The position numbers were made by a program, and so were the translations under genes. This document shows positions 53,107 to 64,000 of a stretch of 64,000 nt of DNA, in pieces; the first letter of the stretch is position 1, and each line of letters opens with the position of its first letter. Under the pieces are notes generated by a model, which was not told where the DNA came from, did no database searches, and saw only the letters and a list, made by a program, of their open reading frames with translations. Origin of the DNA: Eledone cirrhosa (lineage: Eukaryota); the NCBI GenBank assembly GCA_964016885.1, contig OZ024763.1:11036001-11100000 (forward strand), in the 5' to 3' direction.

Positions 53107-53413
53107 CTGAGTTCAAATCCCACCGAGGTTAACTTTGCCTTTCATCCTTACGGGGTAGATAAAATAAAGTACCAGTAATACACTGAGATAATTGCTGGCC
53201 TTGTGCCAAAAGTAGAAACAATTATATTGTGGATTGGCAGTATCGGTAGAGGGTCGGACGCCATGCTTTGCAGCAAAGAGTTACGGCCCTTTATGATCTG
53301 AGTTCAAATTCCACTGAGGGCACTTTGCCTTTCATCCTTACGGGGTCGATAAAATAAAGTACCAGTAATGCACTGGGATAATTGCTGGCCTTGTGCCAAA
53401 AGTAGAAACAATT
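53107..53413 (+). mobile_element. Two tandem SINE A copies
   Basis: 53107-53223 (truncated) and 53229-53413. Confidence 0.85.
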
Positions 53414-53789
53414 ATATTCATTAAAAATTAATTTTAATATCTTTGTGTGGTGTCAACGCCTTCAGCATTACATTCTTAATTATCTTAGATCTAATCAGTG
53501 TTTAAAATACTTTAATTGTCACCAAACTCCTTATTCTGTGAATAAACAAACTTTTTTTTAGTAAGGAAAAAGAAGGGGGGGGGGGACAAAAGGAAAGTAA
53601 GAAGAAAAAGAACGGGAAAGGGAGGGCATGGTGAGGGCTCTGGTGTCGCAGAAGAGAGGGGAGGGTGAGAGGGAGGATGAAGGTGAAGGGGCAGGGGGTC
53701 GGGTGGGGGTTCTGATAAAACCAACAATATTGCCGAAGTTGACCAACTTATTAACAACCACTTAACACATAATACTACAAAGTCGAAGT

Positions 53790-55090
53790 ACGAAAGAGCA
53801 GACCCCCCACCAGCTTATATTAGCCTCCACCCTTAATGTAGATAAGAAACTAGAATATCTAGCTAAGCGCGAAGCCTTTATCACCCTTAAGGATCAGAAA
53901 GCCTCTTTTGCTACTAATCCTACATGTAGACTATCAAACCAAACACGGAGAGAGACTGATCAGAACCATTAGCAAGAAATTCAAAATTTCCCCGTGTGAA
54001 AACAACGACTTTGCTATTAAATGGTTTAACTCCTTTAACACCGACAAAGCTAGTTCGACATAGTGGACTTTCCCCCGTCGATCTCAGTGACCCTTTTGGA
54101 TAAAGCTTTGGAGTTCGCCACTACACACACCTCCGTCTACAGTAAGCTGGGCAAAAAAAAAAATCTACTACCTCAGAACAATTCGATGTCCTAATGGGAC
54201 CATTAGATGTTTATTTATATAAGATACGTTGCGGTTCACATTTCTGGACTTCTACACTGGTTTATGCCGCGACCACGGTCTGACCCCATTGAGCCATAAA
54301 AGCGGTCACGACCTTAACTGATTTAGCAAAGACCTGATGGCCACGTTCATTGAGTTAGGACTTAAGGTCTCTGTAGCCACCAATCTGACTAGCGTAGATT
54401 ATTTAGACAGGCGGTGGATTGGCAGTATTGGTAGAGTGTCGGATGCCATGCTTTGGCGCATAGAGTTACGGCCCTTGGCATTCTGAGTTCAAATCCCGCC
54501 GAGGTTAACTTTGCCTTTCATCCTTACGGGGTCGATAAAATAAAGTACCAGTAATACACTGGTAATTGCTGGCCTTGTGCCTAACGTAGAAACAATTATT
54601 TAGACATCAACTTAGTTCTTCACACATAGCCAGACCTTTCCGCAAACTTAATGAAAAATTAACTTATATACACAAGGACCCATTGTCACCCGTCTATGGT
54701 GTTTAAAAACTTCGTCAAAAACACCAGCAGTAGGATCTCAAATCTTTCCTCTAACAAGGCCATCTTTGAAAGAGCAACACCTTACTATAACCCCACGTTA
54801 ACCAGCAGCGGATCCTTACTTCCCTCCTAATCACACTAGGAGTAAAAATAGAAATAAAAATGTAAAAATAATTTTGTTCTGTCTAACCTTCTCACTTGGA
54901 GTTAGAACTGATGCAACATTCCTAGACAAGCACTTCCATATATGGGCATAAATACAGATCTATCTTTAAGAGACGGGGGTGAAATCGGGATATTCCTTTA
55001 ATAAAAATATGAACGGCCATATTATCATCAACTTCAAGAATGTTCTCTCACCCGGAAGCTCTTGGAGAAAACCGGAATTATGCCCTCTAC
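53790..55090 (+). mobile_element. Decayed Penelope-like element, RT-to-linker region
   Basis: AFITLKDQKASFATNPTCRL..FDIVDF.PSIS..LLDKALEFA..FDVLMG..VDYLD|IN..RISNLSSNKAIFERATPYY. Confidence 0.78.
54409..54598 (+). mobile_element. SINE family A nested in the PLE RT
   Basis: TSD ATTATTTAGACA on both sides. Confidence 0.9.
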
Positions 55091-55237
55091 AACAACAGTC
55101 TAACACCCCCGCCCCACTCACCTATGAGCAGAATCAACAGCATGAGGTCACTCAGATCAGTCACGAAGCTAGCGAGCCATGTTTGTAATGTTTTACCAAG
55201 AGAGAGAGAGGGGGGGAGAGAGAAAGAAGGAGGGAGA

Positions 55238-55264
<27 letters not shown>

Positions 55265-55275
<11 letters not shown>

Positions 55276-55385
55276 TTCTAACATAGACACAAGACTCTTT
55301 AGATTCCAATGAGAGAGTCTTGTGTCTATGTTAGAAACCGACTCTCTATTGGTAAAACATTTATAAAATTATAAAACCAGAACAT
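55265..55385 (+). mobile_element. Fold-back 3' UTR fragment of R4/Dong family 2
   Basis: GAGAGTCGGTTTCTAACATAGACACAAGACTCT inverted against AGAGTCTTGTGTCTATGTTAGAAACCGACTCTC; ends in ACATACATA. Confidence 0.75.
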
Positions 55386-55390
55386 ACATA

Positions 55391-55436
<46 letters not shown>

Positions 55437-55525
55437 TGCGTACATACCTACATACATGCATACCTATCTACCTACACACACATACTTGAATGCATGCACA
55501 TATATATATACATACATTCATACAC

Positions 55526-55572
<47 letters not shown>

Positions 55573-55620
55573 CATATATACATATACATACATTCATACA
55601 CATATACATATATATATATA

Positions 55621-55660
<40 letters not shown>

Positions 55661-55809
55661 CATACATATATACATACTTACACGCGTGCATACATACATA
55701 GATATATACATACACACATATACATATATGCATACATACATTTATACATACATACATATATACACATATACTTAAATGTGTACATACATACAAGCGCATA
55801 TACATACAT

Positions 55810-56203
55810 ATGCCTGTGATTATTGGGGCACTGGGGTATGTTAGTAACTGCCTCAATACAAATCTTGAGAAGCTAGGCTTCACAGGAACAGAAAGAACAC
55901 GACTAGTTAGGAAATTACAAGTACAATCCATTAATGGAACAGTAAAAATATGTAAAACATTCCAAAAATTTTGCATCTAATAACTGCATTTACACATGTA
56001 CAGATACAAAGCATATACACATGCACACATACAACTCAAAACATACACATCCACACATACAATAACATCCATATCTACACATGCAGACATACATACATAT
56101 CTACCTAGTTGATGTGTAAATTCCAATGAGAGAGTCTTGTGTCTATGTTAGAAACCGACTCTCTATTGGTAAAACATTTATAAAATTATAAAACCAGAAC
56201 ATA
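55810..56203 (+). mobile_element. R4/Dong family 2, 3' fragment
   Basis: [44 protein letters not shown]; flanked by (TACA)n on both sides. Confidence 0.8.
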
Positions 56204-56269
56204 CATACATACATATAAACACGCACACATATATATACATACATATACACATACATATATATACACACG

Positions 56270-56351
<82 letters not shown>

Positions 56352-56383
56352 CCATCATCCACCCACACATTCATATAGATATC

Positions 56384-56414
<31 letters not shown>

Positions 56415-56994
56415 GCATCCATCCATACACACATCCATACATACACACATACATCCATACACACATACATACATACATACATACATCCATCCATACATAC
56501 ATACATCCATACATACATACATATATGCATCCATCCATACACACATCCATACATACACACATACATCCATACACACATACATACATATATACATATATAG
56601 AGATAATTAAAAGCTACCAAGATATACAATATATTGTAAAAGATCTACCAACTCTAAAGAAGATGTTTGAATATAAGGAGGTTAGGGGACGACAGCAGAA
56701 CCTTCTAGCTACTCTACCATTTCCTTTACTTCCTATTATCTCTCTTTCATGGTTATTTTACCTCTAGCTGTCTGTCCTATTTAAACTATTTCTTAATTTT
56801 ACTTTATTTATTTTATCAAATTTAAATTTTTATTTTTATGTTCTCGTCTCTCTGTATATCTTGGTTGTTTTTTGTTTGTTTGTTTCTCAACAGTAAGAAG
56901 TACTAAATACTTCCCTTAATGTGTCATGACTTACTAGCTCTACACGGACTTTTAAATTGATTAGATAAATACATACATATATATATATATATAT

Positions 56995-57580
56995 GGTGGC
57001 TGCCAACTCGTTTTCGAGTACGGCCACTACTTTATATCCATGTAGGAGAACCCTTACCGATGCGCTGAACGAGTGTGACTTTTTAGTCCAGCCAGCGACT
57101 TGAAAACTCTGGTACAAACACTACACTTGTGACAATTATTGACACAGTGCTGGGCCCATGGTACCATGTGACGACAAGTGCAGAGAGATCTCCAGATATA
57201 AAGCAATGCCTGTGCCGTGAAGCTTTTATAGTGAGCAAAGGCACTGCACAAGGCCAGTCCCACTCTCTTCACCAAGATGATATTTACCAAAAAGAAGAAC
57301 AAGTCAACATCATTGGATATCATCAGGGTTGCAGGTGTTATATCAGAGTTTTCCTTCTCCTAGAATTCTGCCTTGACAAAGGCTAAGGGGTCATCTCTCC
57401 CAGTGATTTTGGATGGCCATTGACTCTTAAGAGCTCCTTTGCCCTTTGACAGGATTTGTTTTTAGTCCTGCAGGATGTCCAAAGTCACCCTCCTCACCAA
57501 GAAACCTTGGTGGGGTTGCCAGTTTAGTCGCCAACGACCCGACCATGAGACAGGTTGTACTGGGATACATGTTACCATGT
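56995..57580 (-). mobile_element. Internally deleted RTE derivative (5' region, APE remnant, C2H2 finger, 3' end)
   Basis: SRILGEGKL..KRVGLA (APE-like); CSVCTRVFKSLAGLKSHTRSAH; the 3' end GGCCGTACTCGAAAACGAGTTGGCAGCCA resembles 31233-31261. Confidence 0.6.
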
Positions 57581-57629
57581 TACATACATATATATATACA
57601 TACATACTTACATACTTACATACATACAT

Positions 57630-58233
57630 TTGCGAAAGAATGTCATCTCGCTACTACCTCCCCATGAGACACGATGGGATAGCTAGAACTATCTGGAACG
57701 CACTTCGGAAAACAAAATTAACAACAAACGAGGAAGAATATATTGAGACAGATGGCACTAAGGAATACTGGTGGAACCTGAAAATAAAAACTGCCACCAA
57801 ATTAAAGCACAACCGGCCTGATATTGTTGTTTGGGACCACACATTGAAAACGTGTTCTGTTGTGGAGATCAGCTGCCCACTTGATGTAAACGTTGTCAGA
57901 AAAATACAGGAGAAGGAGGACATCTACGGACCATTGATGAGGAGTTTGCAAATCCAGTATCCAAGATACACCTTTAGCTTCATACCCATCATTATTGGAG
58001 CTACGGGTTATATACCAACCCGCTTGGACCAAAGTATGACTGAACTTGGATTTGCGGACAAAGAGCGCAGCTCCCTAATTCATAGTCTACAAATGGCTGC
58101 GATAGCTGGCACCTTCAAAATTTGCAAAACATTCTTGCGATTCAAGGGATGACAATTTCTTTTCTTTTACAACCTTGCCACCAGGAAGGTGGCCGGTCAA
58201 AAAAATATACTCGAAATTAAGAGAAAGAGATAA
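57630..58233 (+). mobile_element. R4/Dong family 1, 5'-truncated copy with an intact RLE frame
   Basis: CERMSSRYYLPMRHDG...NRPDIVVWD..VVEISCPLDVNVVRKIQEKEDIYGPL...FLRFKG; near-identical to 25948-26548; (TACA)n on both sides. Confidence 0.92.
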
Positions 58234-58270
58234 CATACATAAATACATACGTACATACACACATACATAC

Positions 58271-58301
<31 letters not shown>

Positions 58302-58361
58302 CATACATACATACATACATACATACATACATACATACATACATACATACATACATACATA

Positions 58362-58590
58362 CAGCTTCACACGACACCAGGAAGTCGTAAGAAAAATACT
58401 AGAGAGGCGATTTGGAGATACAAGATTTAAAACTCTAAACTCCAAACTACATCAGTTGAAACAACATCTCACAGCTGCAGCAAAAATACAAAAATATAAG
58501 TCAATATCACATAAACAGCAAAGGCTAAATAGATTATTTGCCAGAGATCCTAAATCAGTTTATCGCAGCTTTAATGGGAAAAGCTCAATT
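58362..58590 (+). mobile_element. R4/Dong family 1, N-terminal fragment
   Basis: Homologous to ~28460-28685 (LNRLFARDPKSVYRSF.GKSSI). Confidence 0.82.
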
Positions 58591-59126
58591 TCTACACAAA
58601 TACGAAATTTCAATACATATCTGTGTAAAGCTATGCCTGAAGCTAAATCCTAATTCTATTCCATTAAAAGTTGAACCAACTTATGCAGCTTCATATGTAA
58701 ATGAGATTAATCACCTCATTTACACAGACGAGAAAACTATATATTCTCGCCTGTTTTCAAGTCCAGCAGTCGCAAGAGAGGAAGGGATCGTCCTGATGAG
58801 TACCAGTTAAGTTCAAAATCCATTTACGGTTGTCCTCCTTGCTTCTGCTGGACACCTCCAGAGGGCGATAGACTCGGTTTTTTTGCATAGCTACGGCTTT
58901 CTAAATGTTTATCTATAAACATACCCTGTTTCTGTAGAAATATGAAATCTCAATACACACACAGACACAGACGCAGACACACACACACACAGACACACAC
59001 AGACCCACACACACATATATATGTATATCCCGGGGTTCAATCGGGGGTAACCACAGGAAGTAAGGTACTCAATACATGGAGTAAATACAATGTTTACTAT
59101 AGAAAATATATATTAAACACCTTCTG

Positions 59127-59391
59127 TCATCTCTGATGTGTGACGTCATCACCCCTTCCTTCCTCGGTCATCTCTAGTGTGTGACGTCATCACCCCTTCC
59201 TTCCTCGGTCATCTCTAGTGCGTGACGTCATCACCCCTTCCTTCCTCAGTCATCTCTAGTGTGTGACGTCATCACCCCTTCCTTCCTCAGTCATCTCTAG
59301 TGTGTGACGTCATCACCCCCTTCCTTCCTCAAACATCTCTAGTGTGTGACGTCATCACCCCTTCCTTCCTCAAACATCTCTAGTTTGTGAC
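59127..59391. repeat. 41-bp minisatellite carrying six perfect TGACGTCA (CRE) palindromes
   Basis: TGACGTCA at 59141, 59182, 59223, 59264, 59305 and 59347. Confidence 0.92.
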
Positions 59392-59640
59392 ACGGAAGTC
59401 GTTAAAATTTATATATATAGATAATAAAGTAATTTGATCGCTACTCCCGGCTCAAACCAGATCTAGGCTCAAATGTGATCTCCAATTGTAATATAAGTTA
59501 ACACACTCACTAAAACCTTTCTCCTGCCTTGTTTTAAGTCTATGTAACATTAAATATGTTGTCTCAATACTATTCTATTATCAGTGAGCTGGGAATTACC
59601 GTTCTTTTCGCAGTGGTCGATATTATTGTGTATTGATATA

Positions 59641-59832
59641 GGCTGGTGGATTGGTAGTATCGGTAGAACGTCGGACGCCATGCTTTGCAGCATAGAGTTA
59701 CGGCCCTTTATGATCTGAGTTCAAATCCCACCGAGGTTAACTTTGCTTTTCATCCTGACGGGGGTCGATAAAATAAAGTACCAGTAATGTACTGGGATAA
59801 TTGCTGGCCTTGTGCCTAAAGTAGAAACAATT
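59641..59832 (+). mobile_element. SINE family A
   Basis: Full-length match. Confidence 0.87.
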
Positions 59833-59929
59833 ATTGTGTATTGATCTAAATTATTGTTGTACACACGCACACACACATACACACACAAAAACTCACACAC
59901 GCACAAACACATATATGTGTGTATATCAT

Positions 59930-59993
<64 letters not shown>

Positions 59994-60162
59994 CATACAC
60001 ACACACTCACACACACACACATATATATATGTATATCATACACAAACACACATATATATATATATATATGTATGTCATACACACACACATACACACACAC
60101 ATATATATATATGTATATCATACACACACACACATATATATATATATATCATACACACACAA

Positions 60163-60222
<60 letters not shown>

Positions 60223-60419
60223 CATACACACACATATATATATATTTTATATTCAATGTGGTCTACCCTTGGATGTCTGGTCTGTACCGTAGCTAGAACT
60301 CAATGTAATCTGATGGCCAGTAATCCAGTGAAGTCCATAGAAAGGTTCTGTGTTCTGCTGACTTAATTCCTGAGATACAGAGTCAGATATTAGGTATTAA
60401 TTTAATAATATTAATTTAA

Positions 60420-60616
60420 TAATTATTTCTACTTTTGGCACAAGGCCAGCAAATACCCAGTGTATTACTGGTACTTTATTTTATCGTACTTTATTTTACC
60501 GTAAGGATGAAAGGCAAAGTCAACCTCGGCGGGATTTGAACACAGACCGTAAAGGGACGTAACTATGCTGGAAAGCATGGCGCCCGACTCTCTACCGATA
60601 CTGCCAATCCACCGCC
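60420..60616 (-). mobile_element. SINE family A
   Basis: Full-length match with a small internal duplication. Confidence 0.87.
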
Positions 60617-60989
60617 TTTAGTAATAATATTAATTTAATAATAAAAATAATAACAACAAAGTCAAGTTATTTTATCTATTCATATCAATGATAGGAACTA
60701 TCAGAGAAAAATGTTCCTCTCTTAGGAATTCAATTTGAGAGTTCCTTATACTCTGATAAGGGAATTTTTCCCGAAATAGTAGACGAAAGAAACAACACAC
60801 ACAAAAAAAATAAATAAATAAATAAAATAAAAAAAATAAAGAAAAAACAAAAAAACAAAGATTACGAGGTAACTAACTTTTTCGTTGCCTTCATCTTACC
60901 TTCATCTTTTTTAGTGCAAAATTATTTGCTGTGATGCTGACTCGTTCATTCGAGGGCTATGCAAGGGGTGTTCTATTGCAAGCTAGAAC

Positions 60990-61870
60990 AACAAAACAAC
61001 AGCAAGAATCTTTGACCTAAGAAGATTCAATTTCACGTCCAAGGTGTTTCAAATATTAATTAGAGAACTCCTGTATACAGTCAATGTTGACTTTCTAGCT
61101 CACCCACAAGATGACATGCAGCACATCATGGATTGTTTTGCAGCTTCTTGTAATGCCTTTGAAAATTAATCTAAAAAAGACTAAAGTAATGTTCACCGCA
61201 TCATCAGGGGAAGCATATATTGAGCTAAATATAATGGTGCATGGAACTAGGTTGGGTGTAGCTGACACTTTAGTTTATCTGGGCAGGGAATTGTCAAGGG
61301 GTGGTTCACTGGATGCAGAAATACCCCAAGGACCTACAATTTCAAGTTCAGAACTGGGAAGTGCTTGCTTTTAAGAGGGTTGAATGGAAAGGAGATGTGA
61401 AGGGGGGCTGCAGAGTGTTTGAAATGAGACGTCTTGATCATGAAATACTTAAACGTCAGCTTCGAAAAGGCTACAGTATGAATCTCAATAAGAATATAAG
61501 GAGCTGGAGTTGTGAAGTTTGTGGTCGTCTAATGCTCTCTAAATCTGGGTACATCACTCATTTAAAATCACATGAACAACTAACTGTATGCAGCTCTATC
61601 CCGCCAATACTAGGTGAGACAACATGCATGGTGTGCAACAAATTCTGCAAACCAATTTCTGGTCTTAAAAGGCATAAGAGGGTACATAAGGATGTCATCC
61701 CACAAACTGACCCAATCAATCCAATAGAGGGCACATCTTTTGTCTCTCACATTTGCTGCAGACCGTTCAAATTTACAGCTGGACTTAAAAAGCCACCTAA
61801 GAGGCCATGAACGGATGTTTGGAGTTCGTGATAGTTGATGGGGGTGCATAAAGAGACGGCAGTCATCTGT
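60990..61870 (+). mobile_element. Deleted RTE LINE (RT remnant plus C-terminal C2H2 fingers)
   Basis: IRELLY..NVDFLAH..LKINLKKTKVMF..LVYLG..LDAEI; CEVCGRLMLSKSGYITHLKSH, CMVCNKFCKPISGLKRHKRVH, ICCRPFKFTAGLK. Confidence 0.78.
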
Positions 61871-62031
61871 AAAGATAAAGCAAACACCAAGTATGTATGC
61901 ATGTATATAGATGTATAGAATAATGAAATACAAAGTAGTTTAGAGTATAAATACTCCGTCATTCCTATGCGGATAAAGTACGTTGAGTTCTTGAATGGAA
62001 TTGAAAGAATGTTTTATTATATATATATATG

Positions 62032-62100
<69 letters not shown>

Positions 62101-62143
62101 CTTCAAAATATTAATAAATATAGACATTCATGTGATCAAATAT

Positions 62144-62207
62144 ATTTTATTATACATATTTCAGAGATACTGAGCTATTTCAACAGTACGTCCTCATCAG
62201 ATAAAAT
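62144..62207 (-). ncRNA. Type I hammerhead ribozyme (same family as 13043-13107)
   Basis: ATTTTAT-CTGATGA-GGACGTACTG..CAGTATCTCT-GAAA-TATGTA-TA/ATAAAAT, within a ~240-bp element flanked by (TA)n. Confidence 0.78.
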
Positions 62208-62383
62208 AAGTTGATGCTTGACATACCTTGACTATGTTGATGGTTATAATTTAGTCATGGCAACCACTGTAGAGTGCTTATAATCTATTGTGAAACTTTA
62301 TTCATTGATGAATTCATTGAACCTTGTTAAACTTTTAATTATATATATATATATATACACACACACACAGACACACACACACT

Positions 62384-62433
<50 letters not shown>

Positions 62434-62895
62434 CTTGCATGCATAGTAAGTGGCCGTATTTCTTTACATAAGCTGAATGAGTTGGGGTGTATAACCCAAC
62501 GAAACTTAAGTAGCTGTATATGTCACTGTTGTAACTAATTATCTCTCTCTCTCTATATATATATATAAAGAGAGAGATAGAGGTGCATATATATATATAT
62601 AGATGTGTGTATATATATAGATGTGTGTATAAATATAGATGTGTGTATATATATATGTCTGTGTATATATATTTAGAAAGTAAACCAAGTAGGGTTAAAT
62701 ATATAAGCAACTGGTTTACTGTTTCATAAATCTGTTTCGATTTTCATGATCTTCTCAGAGCCGATCAGGTAGATTGAGGCGGATTTATCAAACTATAAAT
62801 TATAAATTAATACATCTACACACACACACACACGCTTGCACGCACACACACACCTCTCTCTATCTCCATTATATATATAATATACAAATATATAT

Positions 62896-62975
<80 letters not shown>

Positions 62976-63026
62976 TCATATATATATAGTCATATATATA
63001 TATATATATGTATATATATATGTATA

Positions 63027-63077
<51 letters not shown>

Positions 63078-63321
63078 GTATATATGATTAGAGCAAAGAT
63101 CACGGACGCTCTATCTCAAAATTATTTTTGAAAAGCATTAGAAATGCGCAACCGGTAAAACTTAAAACCAAAACTGAATACTAACCAATACTTATTACTA
63201 ATTCTCACTTATTCCTAATTAAACTATTTTTCACTGTGAACAATTTGTCAGCATTTTCTATTCCGTTTACCAATATATATATATGTATATATATATATAT
63301 GTATATATATGTATATATATA

Positions 63322-63386
<65 letters not shown>

Positions 63387-63399
63387 ATATATATATATA

Positions 63400-63505
<106 letters not shown>

Positions 63506-63799
63506 CTCATATATATATATATATATATATATACTCATATATATATATATATATATATATATACTCATATATATATATATATATATACTCATATATATAT
63601 ATATATATATACTCATATATATATATATATATATACTCATATATATATATATATATATACTCATATATATATATATATATATACTCATATATATATATAT
63701 ATATATACTCATATATATATATATATATATACTCATATATATATATATATATATACTCATATATATATATATATACTCATATATATATAAATATATATA

Positions 63800-63990
63800 T
63801 AGTTATACTTTGGGATGGACATGCTGCCAATAAATTAAGCCCTCAAACTAACTGCAAAACTAGTAACGTGATATATAGCTGTACTGAGGGACAGTGTGGG
63901 AATATGGACACAACTTACATAGGTGGGACAGCCCATAGCATAGGAGAAATAAGTGAACACTGGTGAGAACTCCAAGATGGGAAGAACTCA
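63800..63990 (+). mobile_element. GIY-YIG endonuclease fragment of a Penelope-like element
   Basis: [13 protein letters not shown]...YIGGT..ISEH. Confidence 0.65.
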
Positions 63991-64000
63991 TCAGTACTCC

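Noticed and set aside
60749-60790. Additional hammerhead-like cores (60749; also ~31400, ~32495-32546, ~58793, ~62715-62760)
   Set aside because: Core boxes mutated or stem I not pairable; too degenerate to call.

Overview
Repeat-saturated, AT-rich animal DNA; the SINE families and (TA)n/(CA)n/(TACA)n load most resemble a coleoid cephalopod such as octopus (inference). The only host-gene sequence I can support is the first coding exon of a GRK2/beta-adrenergic receptor kinase-type GPCR kinase (minus strand, 1605->1493), which the ORF track misses. The ~62 kb upstream is intergenic. It holds tRNA-derived SINEs, RTE, CR1 and L1/Tx1 LINE fragments, R4/Dong-type RLE retrotransposons (one near full length), Penelope-like elements (PLE), a MITE, a Helitron end, and satellites, several of them born from transposon sequence. 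Main unexplained structure: (1) at least 8 intact-looking minimal type I hammerhead ribozymes from several families, plus decayed copies, in PLE-like terminal repeats mostly beside (TA)n; (2) pervasive fold-back palindromes at retroelement insertions, one copying back into its own target-site duplication; (3) R4/Dong elements ending in (TACA)n; (4) RTE LINEs with tandem C-terminal C2H2 fingers; (5) a minisatellite carrying six perfect CRE sites. Coordinates were read by eye, and element boundaries are approximate. Most long ORFs in the track are microsatellite artefacts.
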